Source of the DNA: Clostridia bacterium
Lineage (GTDB): Bacteria; Bacillota; Clostridia; UBA1212; DUPL01
Assembly: GCA_050951325.1 (NCBI GenBank)
Contig: JBMNIW010000012.1
Coordinates: 480,001 to 544,000 of the forward strand
Direction of reading: 5' to 3'
Length of the DNA: 64,000 nucleotides
Position 1 is the stretch's first letter. The number at the start of each line of letters is the position of its first letter. The translations under genes were made by a program, and so were the position numbers. Positions 38,473 to 48,204 of the stretch are shown here, piece after piece. The notes below the pieces were generated by a model. It had not been told where the DNA came from and did not search any database. It saw only the letters and a list, made by a program, of their open reading frames with translations.

Positions 38473-39558
38473 ATGTCAAAGAAACTTAGAACAGCTATCA
38501 TTGGTTGCGGTGGAATAGCAAACGGCAAGCATATGCCGGCCATTAAATCAACAGGTGTTGCGGATATTGTTGCTTTTTGCGACATTATTGAAGAAAGAGC
38601 AGTTGATGCAAAGAACAGATATGGCACACCAGACAGTAAAGTATATACAGATTATAAAGAGCTTTTAAAAGATGAGAGTATTGATGTTGTACATGTATGT
38701 ACACCAAACAGTTCACATGCACCTATTGCTATTGATGCATTGAATGCAGGCAAGCACGTTCTGTGTGAGAAGCCAATGGCAAAAACAGCAGCTGAAGCTG
38801 TTGCAATGGTTGAAGCGGCAAGAAAGAACAACAGAAAACTTTCAATTGGCTACCAGAACAGATTCCGTCCTGACGTTCAGTACATGAAGAGGGCTGCTGA
38901 AGCTGGTGAGCTTGGTGAAGCATATTTTGCAAAGGCTCATGCTATTAGAAGACGTGCGGTTCCAACCTGGGGCGTTTTCATGGATGAGGAAAAACAGGGT
39001 GGAGGTCCTCTCATTGATATTGGTACTCATGCTCTTGACATGACTCTCTGGATTATGGACAACTACAAACCAAAGTATGTTGTTGGAACAACATATCGGA
39101 AGCTTGCTGATCAGACTGAAACAGGCAATGCATGGGGCGACTGGGATCCAAAGGAATTTACAGTTGAAGACTCTGCTTTTGGCTTCGTAGTTATGGAAAA
39201 CGGTGCAACAATCATTCTTGAATCAAGCTGGGCTCTTAACACTCTTGATATTGGAGAAGCAGAATGCAGTATTTCAGGTACTTTGGCAGGTATAGACAAC
39301 AGAGGCGGAAAAGTAAAAGTTAACAGAGCCAAATATGGAAAACTTAGCACCGAGACGCCAGAATTAAGCGCTGCAGGTGTTGCGTTCTATGAAGGTATTT
39401 CCGGAAATCCACAGGAGATGGAAGCCCTTACATTTTACAACAGCATTACAAAAGGCACTCCATTGGTAGTAGAGCCTGAACAAGCATGTGTTGTTTCTCA
39501 GATTCTTGAGGCGATTTACATTTCAGCGAAAACAGGCAAACCATACTACTTTTCATAA
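38473..39558 (+). CDS. Gfo/Idh/MocA-family oxidoreductase
   Basis: IIGCGGIA, VCTPN, KHVLCEKPMA, GYQNRF, GGGPLIDIGTHALD. Confidence 0.92.
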   Translation: MSKKLRTAIIGCGGIANGKHMPAIKSTGVADIVAFCDIIEERAVDAKNRYGTPDSKVYTDYKELLKDESIDVVHVCTPNSSHAPIAIDALNAGKHVLCEKPMAKTAAEAVAMVEAARKNNRKLSIGYQNRFRPDVQYMKRAAEAGELGEAYFAKAHAIRRRAVPTWGVFMDEEKQGGGPLIDIGTHALDMTLWIMDNYKPKYVVGTTYRKLADQTETGNAWGDWDPKEFTVEDSAFGFVVMENGATIILESSWALNTLDIGEAECSISGTLAGIDNRGGKVKVNRAKYGKLSTETPELSAAGVAFYEGISGNPQEMEALTFYNSITKGTPLVVEPEQACVVSQILEAIYISAKTGKPYYFS

Positions 39559-39572
39559 GGAGATAATATACA

Positions 39573-40295
39573 ATGGATAGAATAAATCTGCAGCTGTACT
39601 CGGTCAGAGAGGATGCGGGAAAGGACTTTAGAGGCACTCTGGAGAAAGTGGCAAGGACAGGCTTTACAGGCATTGAATTTGCTGGTTTTTATGGTGTGGA
39701 TGCCAAAATCATGAAAAAATGGCTGGAAGAACTCGGTCTTGAGGCTGTAAGCAGCCACTCCAACGTGTTTGACAATCTTGATGAGGAGATCGAGTACCTT
39801 TGTACTGTAGGTGCAAAACATATAGTATTGCCATCTGCCAATTTTGACAACAGGGATGTTGTTCTGAAGCTGGCTGAGGATCTCAACAGAATAGGTGAGA
39901 AGTGCAAGCGACATGGCTTGAATCTTGGTTATCACAACCACAGTTTTGAGTTTAAAAAAGATGAGGACGGCAAATGGCTTTTAGATGTTTTGTTCGAGAA
40001 TACAGACCCTAATTTGGTGTCTGTGCAGCTGGATGTTTGCTGGGCGCATGTAGGCGGTGTAGACCCGGTGAAGTATCTTAAAAAATACAAGGACAGAGCA
40101 CTTACTGTTCACATGAAGGAAGTAAAGACAGTGTCACCCTACGAGGGTACTGCAATAGGTCTTGGCATAGTTGACTTTGCAGGCATATACAATTTACTGG
40201 GTGATGAATGTGACTACATTATTGAACAGGAAGGCATTGCCATGGATACCTGGGAAGGTCTGTCCATGAGCGTTGATTATTTAAGGAAGATTTAA
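39573..40295 (+). CDS. Sugar phosphate isomerase/epimerase (IolE/xylose-isomerase-like TIM barrel)
   Basis: LQLYSVR, IEFAG, GYHNHSFEF, QLDVCW, HMKE, IIEQE. Confidence 0.88.
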   Translation: MDRINLQLYSVREDAGKDFRGTLEKVARTGFTGIEFAGFYGVDAKIMKKWLEELGLEAVSSHSNVFDNLDEEIEYLCTVGAKHIVLPSANFDNRDVVLKLAEDLNRIGEKCKRHGLNLGYHNHSFEFKKDEDGKWLLDVLFENTDPNLVSVQLDVCWAHVGGVDPVKYLKKYKDRALTVHMKEVKTVSPYEGTAIGLGIVDFAGIYNLLGDECDYIIEQEGIAMDTWEGLSMSVDYLRKI

Positions 40296-40603
40296 TGAGT
40301 TTTTTTAAGAGTGTTTATGAAGCTGTCAAACTAATACCAAAAGGTAGGGTTGCCACTTATGGGGATATTGCCCGATATGTTGGCAGCCCTCGTGCTGCAA
40401 GAGTTGTAGGCTATGCCCTTCATGTAAATCCTGAGCCCAATGCTATTCCATGTCATAGGGTTGTGAACAGGGAAGGGCGGCTTGCTCCCTCTTTTGCTTT
40501 TGGCGGCATGGAAGTGCAAAAAGCTTTATTGGAAGCTGAGAATGTGGAAGTAAGTGATGATGGATACGTGGACCTTGCAAAGTATGGCTTCAAGTTTGCC
40601 TGA
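40295..40603 (+). CDS. MGMT/alkyltransferase-like DNA repair protein
   Basis: IPKGRVATYGDIA, ARVVGYAL, PCHRVVN. Confidence 0.9.
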   Translation: MSFFKSVYEAVKLIPKGRVATYGDIARYVGSPRAARVVGYALHVNPEPNAIPCHRVVNREGRLAPSFAFGGMEVQKALLEAENVEVSDDGYVDLAKYGFKFA

Positions 40604-40675
40604 TTTGCCAAAGTCGGTTTTTTTATGCTACAATAGCTTCTACATTTATTGTTATCAGTTCGGGGGTATTGCCTG

Positions 40676-42349
40676 ATGGGCGAAAATGAAAATAAAGAAA
40701 TGGAAAATAGGCAGGGATTTACTAATAGTTATAAAAACTTGATAATATCGCTTGTTCTGATTATTATTGTCTTTACTTTAGGAATTGTTGCAATTGACCT
40801 GTTTACGGAAACACCCCATAAAGGTGATAGTATTATCAATACGCCGAATATTGACGCAACCCCAAAACCTATTCCAGACGTAAATGATATACGCCAGTTG
40901 TCTAATGATCTTCTAAATCTGGAAGCAAATGAAAAAGAGTGGGCTAAAAAGGATGAAGACCCTGAAGATGAAGGGTTGTACCTGATATCTGAAAACAATG
41001 ACAAATTTCTAGTTTATCATATTGACAGTGAGAATATAGCGGATGGAGGATATACTCTATACGATTTCACATATATGTGGATAAATTCCGAGGATGACGA
41101 TTTTTATGCCGTAATCAATATTTCTGGCAAAAGAGTTGACTTGTCCAATTATTACATTCTTGTAAGGGATGAAACAAGGAACTATGCTTCCCGTGCAATA
41201 ATCAATTGCTATGAGGCCACTGAAGTAATTTTGAACAACACAATCCTGACAGGCACAATAATTGCACCAAATGCTCATGTATACTATGAAGATACTTATG
41301 TATACGGGCAGGTGCATGCCAAAAGCTACGAAGGCACAATGAAGTTTCACAGGGAAATTGTCTTTACTGGATATGCAAATTTGATGTATGACCTTGTTTA
41401 TGCAGACATCAAGGTTGACGCAGTAAGGATTGCTGCAATTGAGTTTTTGGTGGAAAACGATACTTTGGGTACATACTCCCACTATACATCCGAAAGCAAG
41501 TTGAGACTTGCGGACACACAGGTCATTACTTCTCTGGTTCTGGACGACAAGGATGTGGAGGAGATTGGCTCTGACCTTGCCTTTTTTGAGAATCTGACCC
41601 ACTTGTCCATAAACAATACAAACCTATCCAGAATAGATCTCACATACGCACCGGGACTAAAGTATTTAAGCATAAACGATACAAGTGTTGCCGAGCTTGA
41701 TATTTCGCACACACCATACCTTGAATACTTGAGTGCGTTCAACACTGAAATATCATCCCTTGACCTGTCCAATACTCCAAATTTGTACTACATGAATCTG
41801 GACGACACCAACATTGAAGAACTTGATACAAGAAACTTGCAAATGCTTCTCAATTTAAGCATTAGGAACACTCCGATAAAGGATATTGACCTTTCTTCCA
41901 ATACTAAACTAATAAATTACGCTTGTGCGGGAACAATATTACCGGTTCCTGATTTGGGTTCTTTAAAGAATCTTGAATACCTGGATCTAAGCAATACCAA
42001 TCTTGAAAGCATAGAGATTGGCTCGGATTCGTTGAAGGTTTTGGATATTAGCAGGAATGAAAAGCTTTCAAGCTTTGACTTTTCACTGTTTCCAAATCTG
42101 GAGAAACTAGATATATCCAGCTGCAATATTTCTGAGTTTAACTTTGAGAAGGCTGGCAAACTAAAAGTGTTGAATGCAAGTTTCAATAAATTCAGTACAA
42201 TAGACTTAAGTGAACTGCCAACACTAACAAACGCTGAGTTATATGGAGATACGGTCAAAACAATAATAGCAAAAAGTTATGTAAAAATATATTGTGACAG
42301 CAAAGTAGAAGTAAGATGGAGTGATTACAATGGAGGCGAAGAAGCCTAG
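40676..42349 (+). CDS. Membrane-anchored protein with a choice-of-anchor-A-like domain and leucine-rich repeats
   Basis: One N-terminal TM; IINCYEATEV..GTIIAPNAHV..GQVHA; many LxxLxLxxT/N repeats (about 21 aa) in the C-terminal half. Confidence 0.7.
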   Translation: MGENENKEMENRQGFTNSYKNLIISLVLIIIVFTLGIVAIDLFTETPHKGDSIINTPNIDATPKPIPDVNDIRQLSNDLLNLEANEKEWAKKDEDPEDEGLYLISENNDKFLVYHIDSENIADGGYTLYDFTYMWINSEDDDFYAVINISGKRVDLSNYYILVRDETRNYASRAIINCYEATEVILNNTILTGTIIAPNAHVYYEDTYVYGQVHAKSYEGTMKFHREIVFTGYANLMYDLVYADIKVDAVRIAAIEFLVENDTLGTYSHYTSESKLRLADTQVITSLVLDDKDVEEIGSDLAFFENLTHLSINNTNLSRIDLTYAPGLKYLSINDTSVAELDISHTPYLEYLSAFNTEISSLDLSNTPNLYYMNLDDTNIEELDTRNLQMLLNLSIRNTPIKDIDLSSNTKLINYACAGTILPVPDLGSLKNLEYLDLSNTNLESIEIGSDSLKVLDISRNEKLSSFDFSLFPNLEKLDISSCNISEFNFEKAGKLKVLNASFNKFSTIDLSELPTLTNAELYGDTVKTIIAKSYVKIYCDSKVEVRWSDYNGGEEA

Positions 42350-42782
42350 GGATTCAATAACCAAGATGGAACAAGTGGTACTGGCTTCCCATGCAAATGG
42401 TCAGGGAAGACTTTTTGGAGGACAGCTCATGTCCTGGCTTGATGTTACCGGTGCCATATGTGCAAGACGACACAGCGGTTGCGAGGTTGTTACTGCAAAA
42501 GCTGATAATCTGGAATTTCATAGACCTGCCATGCAGAATGACATAGTTACAATTACCGCAAAGATAATTTATGCTGGCACCACATCCATGGAAGTTAGAG
42601 TTTGTGCATATGTTGAGCCTAAAGGAGGATGGGAGCCTCAGCTCATATGCTCAAGTTATTTTGTTTACGTTGCCATGGATGAAAACGGCAACAAATGCCG
42701 GGTACCAAAGCTGATACCCGAATCAAAAGAGGAAGAGGAAGATTTGAGAAGATGTGAGGAAAAGAGAAACAAGCTAAGGTAG
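42330..42782 (+). CDS. Acyl-CoA thioesterase (hotdog fold)
   Basis: HANGQGRLFGGQLMSWLD, VVT, GTTSMEV, FVYVAMD. Confidence 0.9.
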   Translation: MEAKKPRDSITKMEQVVLASHANGQGRLFGGQLMSWLDVTGAICARRHSGCEVVTAKADNLEFHRPAMQNDIVTITAKIIYAGTTSMEVRVCAYVEPKGGWEPQLICSSYFVYVAMDENGNKCRVPKLIPESKEEEEDLRRCEEKRNKLR

Positions 42783-44564
42783 GTTTTTTAATTGGTTTAA
42801 AACATGCCTGTTTCTTTGCTTGGCAAAATCCAAAAATTCATTTATAAGGTTGTTCCACTGCAAATCGCTTCCGCCAAAGTAGAACCTGTACATTTTCATG
42901 TCCTGAACCCGTTCTTCTTTGGCGTTTAATATATATTCCGTCAGGACATCTTCAGTCAGAATCTCAGTACAAAGCTTTGTCATATATTCCTTAAACCTTC
43001 TGTTGAACTCCTTGTTTCTAAGAAGGTTTTTCAATACCTGTCCCAAGTGGGGTTCGTTGTTGTATAATCCGCCTGACATGACCGTTTCGAACATGTTTCT
43101 TGATGGATCTCTTAGACCAAAGTCCAGGTCTCTTAGTACAAACCTCCATTTTCCATCCATGCCATAGACACTTTCGTTTACAGGACCTGTGTATTTCCAT
43201 GCCATAACATTGTTGTGAGGCCAATCAGGGTTGACGATATATATTTGAAAAGCCATGTATTTGATAAAGTTGTCTACATCGATAATCTCTTCCATCTCGG
43301 ATATGTCCTTGTTTGCGTAATTGGTATTAATAAGTTTGCGCATGTCTTTGATGTATGAGTTAAAGTCCTCTTCGGTGCCTGACTCCAGCCTGTATCTGAA
43401 CTGGAAGAAATCCGACTGTATGGTTATTATGGCCAGCGTATCCTTGTTTATGTGATACCTTGTTTCAATGTTGTCGTTGTCAAGGGATTGCTTTAATGTC
43501 ATCATGGAATAATATTTGCCATTCAGGTAAACAACACAAGGTCTTCCAGCCTGATGATCCACTCCGGCATATGCGCCAAGATCGTTTATGAGCTGGTCTC
43601 TTATCATGGAGCCACCATCGTCATTGACTGAATTTCTAAGGACAAGTCTTTCAAAGCTTTTTACCCTGTTGCCATAGTGATCTCTTAGGTCATCAAAGAA
43701 TTCATAATCAAAGGTGCCTGTATGCTCGGAATATTCTCTTCTTGCAATAAGTTTTAATGACTTAATTAGTGCGTTTCGTGAAGTTCCGCCGGCGGTTCGA
43801 ATGCCGCAGTTCTGGGACAGTACCAAAGTGCCATCTGATTCAAAAAAGGCTACATGGGCTTCTCTTTCCCATTGTCTGCCTCTTTGGTTGTAGTTTTTTG
43901 GATACCACCAGTCTTCATCTCTCTGCGGATTGTTTGTCTTTGTGAAATCGTAAGTAGCGCCCTTTATCATAATACCTTCTTCGTATCCGTAAAGGTTTTT
44001 TTCGTCGGTGGTTATGCATACCACCATGGCTCCAAAGTGTTCTGCAAAGTCTTCAATACCTGTACCTATTATGTATGTATATGTTTGTGTTCTTCCGTGC
44101 TTTTTACCGTCTGCGAAAATAGCAGCCCTAACCACCACAACCCTTGGGAAGTTATTGGAGGTATTTATAACATCGATGCTTTTTGTGTACTTGTAAGTTT
44201 TTCGTATGCCTGCAAAGTCCATATACTCATAATCAGGCTCTTTGCCGCCGGAGAACATGTAGACTTCGCCTGTCTTTGTTATGAGTTCGCCTTTCTGCGG
44301 AGTCCTTGCGTTGTGGTTCGTCATTGTGTAGAGAATCTCTAAGTCTTTATCATCCACAACTTCATCGTCTTCGTTTAATATGTAAAGTGACAGGGAGAGG
44401 TCATGGGGATAGAATCCAGGATTGTAGGAAGGAACTATCCTGTATGTATGCTCAGGTTTAACTTCTTCCCCGTTACTACCAGTTATGCTTATTAGAAATA
44501 TAACTGTAAGGAGCAGAACAATCAGGGCGAATATGGACTTTAAAGCTATTTTATATGCTCTCAC
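42774..44564 (-). CDS. CotH-family kinase with an N-terminal signal/TM segment
   Basis: WEREAHV, GIRTAG, LVLRNS, VYLNGKY, NPDWPHNN, WRFVLRDLDFG. Confidence 0.8.
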   Translation of the reverse strand: MRAYKIALKSIFALIVLLLTVIFLISITGSNGEEVKPEHTYRIVPSYNPGFYPHDLSLSLYILNEDDEVVDDKDLEILYTMTNHNARTPQKGELITKTGEVYMFSGGKEPDYEYMDFAGIRKTYKYTKSIDVINTSNNFPRVVVVRAAIFADGKKHGRTQTYTYIIGTGIEDFAEHFGAMVVCITTDEKNLYGYEEGIMIKGATYDFTKTNNPQRDEDWWYPKNYNQRGRQWEREAHVAFFESDGTLVLSQNCGIRTAGGTSRNALIKSLKLIARREYSEHTGTFDYEFFDDLRDHYGNRVKSFERLVLRNSVNDDGGSMIRDQLINDLGAYAGVDHQAGRPCVVYLNGKYYSMMTLKQSLDNDNIETRYHINKDTLAIITIQSDFFQFRYRLESGTEEDFNSYIKDMRKLINTNYANKDISEMEEIIDVDNFIKYMAFQIYIVNPDWPHNNVMAWKYTGPVNESVYGMDGKWRFVLRDLDFGLRDPSRNMFETVMSGGLYNNEPHLGQVLKNLLRNKEFNRRFKEYMTKLCTEILTEDVLTEYILNAKEERVQDMKMYRFYFGGSDLQWNNLINEFLDFAKQRNRHVLNQLKNLP

Positions 44565-44567
44565 TTT

Positions 44568-45221
44568 TTACAAAACCTCTATCAACATATTTGCAAACAA
44601 GTTGTGCATTTCTCTTGTGGGATGATTGATAAGATTACTAAGGAGAACTGTTGTGTCGATACCTTCCTCATGCATTTGTTTCCATTTTGAATAAGCATCA
44701 ACAACAGTAACATTCATTCTTTTGCACAGGGCTTTTGCAGATTCAATATATAAATCAAAAGTACCGCCATTCTGCATGGCGGCGGTAGTTTTTGCAGCTT
44801 CCTTTGCAGAATTAAGAGTTTCATCATGAACGTATGTGTTCATCATGTTCGGAGTCATGAATATGACCCTAATACCTTTGTCTTGTATTTGAGTAAATAT
44901 ATGTTCAAGTTTGGATATATAATTATCAAGGTTATCTCTTCCTCTGCACACGTCGTTCAGGCCAAAGCATACAACGACAGTATCAGGATTGTGTTCAAGA
45001 ACATCTTTTGAGAGTCTTGCTACTGCACCATCCACACTGTCACCGCTTATTCCGGAATTTATAACTTCAAGAGGTTCAACCCCATATTTTTGAGTCCAAA
45101 GCTTTTTTAATTTGTTGTGGTAAACATTTCCATAATCCCTAACTGTGTCAAAACCGCCTTCGACATCATATAGTTCAAAACATCCTTCTGTCACACTGTC
45201 GCCTAAAAATACTATTCTCAT
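44568..45221 (-). CDS. SGNH/GDSL hydrolase (esterase)
   Basis: FLGDSVT, INSGISG, FGLND, NHP. Confidence 0.88.
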   Translation of the reverse strand: MRIVFLGDSVTEGCFELYDVEGGFDTVRDYGNVYHNKLKKLWTQKYGVEPLEVINSGISGDSVDGAVARLSKDVLEHNPDTVVVCFGLNDVCRGRDNLDNYISKLEHIFTQIQDKGIRVIFMTPNMMNTYVHDETLNSAKEAAKTTAAMQNGGTFDLYIESAKALCKRMNVTVVDAYSKWKQMHEEGIDTTVLLSNLINHPTREMHNLFANMLIEVL

Positions 45222-45334
45222 ACACAACCTCATTTCTTTAACATATGATTATTGTAACATTTTTATTGTGTTTTGCAACACACATTTTACTCGGTACAAT
45301 TTGTGAAATCGACCTCCTTTTAAAATTTTTTTAC

Positions 45335-45363
45335 TTGCAATTTCAACTGTTTTGTGTTAATAT
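45335..45363 (+). promoter_or_regulatory. Probable tRNA promoter
   Basis: TTGCAA-17 bp-TAATAT with extended TG, about 10 bp upstream of the tRNA. Confidence 0.55.
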
Positions 45364-45372
45364 AATCCCAAT

Positions 45373-45448
45373 GCACTTGTAGCTCAGTGGATAGAGCAAC
45401 CGCCTCCTAAGCGGTAGGTCGGACGTTCGACTCGTCTCAAGTGCGCCA
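45373..45448 (+). tRNA. tRNA-Arg(CCT)
   Basis: Acceptor stem GCACTTG/CAAGTGC, D arm TAGCTCAGTGGATAGAGC, anticodon arm ACCGC-CT-CCT-AA-GCGGT, T loop GTTCGAC, encoded CCA; 76 nt. Confidence 0.97.
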
Positions 45449-45449
45449 T

Positions 45450-45482
45450 GAGGGCTGTCACGTTTCGTGACAGCCCCTCTTG
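45450..45482 (+). terminator. Hairpin terminator after the tRNA
   Basis: GGGCTGTCACG-TTT-CGTGACAGCCC. Confidence 0.75.
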
Positions 45483-45624
45483 TTATTCAAGCAATGTTTT
45501 AACCATGTTTTTCTCCCAGTCAATATCAACGTATAACCTTGTATTTCTTTTTGATTAATACCTCTTGCTTGATACATTTTATGCATGTATAATATTAACA
45601 AATATTGTTAATCTGGAGGATGCG

Positions 45625-46299
45625 ATGAAAAAGAACACATAGCTTGTTATACTTGCCGTTGTAGGTATATGCCTTTTGGTAATTGCATATGTACTTCATT
45701 TGATGGATTACATACCAGGATTGAAAACAGTATTAGATCGTGGTTTGTTCGATGAAAAATATATGCTTTGGATAGGCAACACTGAAATCATTATGATGGC
45801 ACTGGCCGGCATGTTTGGATTGTTGTGTCTTAAGGTTAATTCTCTTAGGCATGTGAGAAATGTTTTTCTGATTCTTCTTGTGTTATTTATGCTTGCAAGT
45901 TCATCAGTTTTGTTTTTCTTCACTGAAGACAAGGTTCCTCATGGTGGAAATGCGCTTCTGTCTGAAAACATGCATTATCTTATGATTCGCTATGCAGCCA
46001 TCGGTGGAGTGCTGGCTATTATACTGTATGTAATTGCTGTTTTTGCAAAAGACAGAATATTCAGTATAATTGCAACGATAGTTGGCGTGGCTGGACTTCT
46101 GTTTTCTCTTATGGCGTTTACGCTTACAAGAATAAGTATCTTTGAAAACCTTGTTGAGCAAAGCAAGAGCTACAGGTTTGATTCGGTGCAGTATTATCCA
46201 ATGCTACTTTTTCATTTAGGCTCTATATTGGTTATTGTTTCACTTTTGCACTTGAGTAGAGTCGCAATAAAAAAAGGAGATGAAACGGAGATACCTTAA
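45625..46299 (+). pseudogene. Multi-pass membrane protein with an in-frame TAG at codon 6
   Basis: GGAGGA + ATG 45625 reads MKKNT*LVILAVVGICLLVIAY..., in frame with the 207-aa ORF at 45676; several hydrophobic segments. Confidence 0.6.
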
Positions 46300-46300
46300 T

Positions 46301-47353
46301 TTATGTGGATAATGATTTTTTTCTGTATTGTGCAGGGGTGCATTTCATTTCCTTTTTAAAATGTCTGTAAAACAGCTCCCTGGTAGGATATCCTGTAAGA
46401 TTTACAATATCGTCTATGGGGAGCATTGTATTACGAAGCAATAGACATGCGTTGTTGAGTCTGTACTTTGATATTATTTCAGTCAGAGTCAGTCCAGTGG
46501 TTTCCTTTATTTTTCTACTCATGTATGATGGTGAATAGTTGAAGAGCTTTGATATGGATTTTAGTGAAGCATTTTTGGGATTTAGTTTTATATATCCAAG
46601 TATGTTGACTATGTTTATATCATTTTCCTTTGTGCTTGTATTATCCGATCTGTAAACTTTTATATCCAATGAATGATTTTTGATTATGTACGCCAGAATG
46701 ATATGGAGAAGACAGTCCTTAACGGATGATGACAGTTCATTGGGGTATATTGCTTCATATATAAGGGTGTCTAAAAAAGAGCGGATCTGCATGTCATCTC
46801 CTGCTGGACAGAATATGATTCCGGAATTATTGTATTCAACAGTATCGTTAAAATAGTTGGATATAATGTTGTCGCTACAAAGTATGCTGTAAAAGAGTTT
46901 CTTAAAATTTGATTTCCTTACAATAATATTCATTAAAACACTGTCGCTGTCAATTTCAATTGAATGCTTGACATCTGGCCCCATTATGCAAAAATCACCC
47001 TCATACATTTGAATTCTGTTCCCTCCAAGTATATTAATGCAGGTTCCTCTATAGACATAGGGGATTTCAACAAAGGAATGGGAGTGCATACATGACGGCA
47101 TATACCTTGCATGCCTAATAACTACGATATTGTCAGATGTTTTTTCAAATGCTTCTTCCTCTGTGTAATATGGAGTATAGTGTTGCATGTTTTCATAATA
47201 CATGAATCTTTCCAGAGGGTAGGAAAACCTGGCACAAACATCTGGTATGTCTTCAGAGCTTTTTACAAGTTTCTTTAGCTCCATATATTTTAAGTTATAT
47301 AGTTCATCCTCAGTAAATACTATGGATGCATCTATTGCTGCACGTATGTCCAT
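46301..47353 (-). CDS. AraC-family transcriptional regulator
   Basis: HARY..MHSHSFVEI cupin; NYSPSYMSRKIKETTG, FYRHFKKEMKCTPAQYR. Confidence 0.9.
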   Translation of the reverse strand: MDIRAAIDASIVFTEDELYNLKYMELKKLVKSSEDIPDVCARFSYPLERFMYYENMQHYTPYYTEEEAFEKTSDNIVVIRHARYMPSCMHSHSFVEIPYVYRGTCINILGGNRIQMYEGDFCIMGPDVKHSIEIDSDSVLMNIIVRKSNFKKLFYSILCSDNIISNYFNDTVEYNNSGIIFCPAGDDMQIRSFLDTLIYEAIYPNELSSSVKDCLLHIILAYIIKNHSLDIKVYRSDNTSTKENDINIVNILGYIKLNPKNASLKSISKLFNYSPSYMSRKIKETTGLTLTEIISKYRLNNACLLLRNTMLPIDDIVNLTGYPTRELFYRHFKKEMKCTPAQYRKKSLST

Positions 47354-47544
47354 AAGACACCTCCGAGTAAAGAAAAGATACATATTATTATATAATTATA
47401 CACTGCGCAATTTAAATTAATTATATATAATTACAACAACCTATTCAATGTTGATAATTATAAAATGTTTGGAGGAGTAGTTTATAAGCTTGGCCTTCAG
47501 TCTTTGCAACGATTAAGACATTGTAAATATTGCGGAGGTGCCAT

Positions 47545-48204
47545 ATGTGTAAATCACGTGTTCTGATACTGGTTGTATTTATAGCGGCTGTGGCAGTGTT
47601 CCTTGGTGCTTGTGACAGTGAGTCAAATTCTGACGGTAATGTTAAACCCACAGTAAGTCAAACACCAAAGATTACAGCAGCTCCTACAGTTACCAATACT
47701 CCATCTCCAACGCCGAATATTGGGAATAACGTAGCTCTGTACAAGAAAACTCAGGTTTCATCTACGGTCGATGAGAGTTATCTCCAGTGGGGATGGGGTC
47801 AGGAGTTTATTAATGACGGAACTTTGGAGTTGAGTTTTACTTCTGCAGTCAAGAGGAACATGGATTCCCCTGATGTAGAAGAGTGGATTATAATCGACCT
47901 GGAAAAAGAGTATTCAATTCATCTGGTTATACTGTATCCCCGTCAGGATAATGGACGTGGTTTTCCTGAGGATTATCAGATAGATGTGTCTTCCGATAAC
48001 GAGACATGGGAAACTGTGTATACAAAAACTGAAGACAAAGGTTCTGAAGACGAGGATGTAGATCCCAGAGAAATTGAGCTTGAAGCAGTTTCAGCAAGAT
48101 ACATAAGATTGCTGGCCACAAAACTCACGGATGTTCCAGATACAAGTGATGGATATCTGCTGCAGATGGCTGAAATGGAGGTATATTCCTTTGATGAAGA
48201 GTAA
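47545..48204 (+). CDS. Lipoprotein with a discoidin/F5-8 type C (CBM32-like) domain
   Basis: Lipobox LGAC, Pro/Thr linker, NVAL, INDG, WIIIDL, YPR, FPEDYQIDVSSD, ARYIRL, AEMEVY. Confidence 0.82.
   Translation: MCKSRVLILVVFIAAVAVFLGACDSESNSDGNVKPTVSQTPKITAAPTVTNTPSPTPNIGNNVALYKKTQVSSTVDESYLQWGWGQEFINDGTLELSFTSAVKRNMDSPDVEEWIIIDLEKEYSIHLVILYPRQDNGRGFPEDYQIDVSSDNETWETVYTKTEDKGSEDEDVDPREIELEAVSARYIRLLATKLTDVPDTSDGYLLQMAEMEVYSFDEE

Noticed and set aside
45249-45320. Strong SD-like AAAGGAGGT on the minus strand before a 16-codon TTG ORF
   Set aside because: SD-to-start spacing of about 12 nt is long, and the ORF overlaps the likely SGNH promoter (TTGCAA-16-TACAAT); not supportable
45640-45642. 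Genome-wide TAG recoding or pyrrolysine
   Set aside because: Conserved genes here end at TAG at their expected lengths, and no pyl genes are in the window
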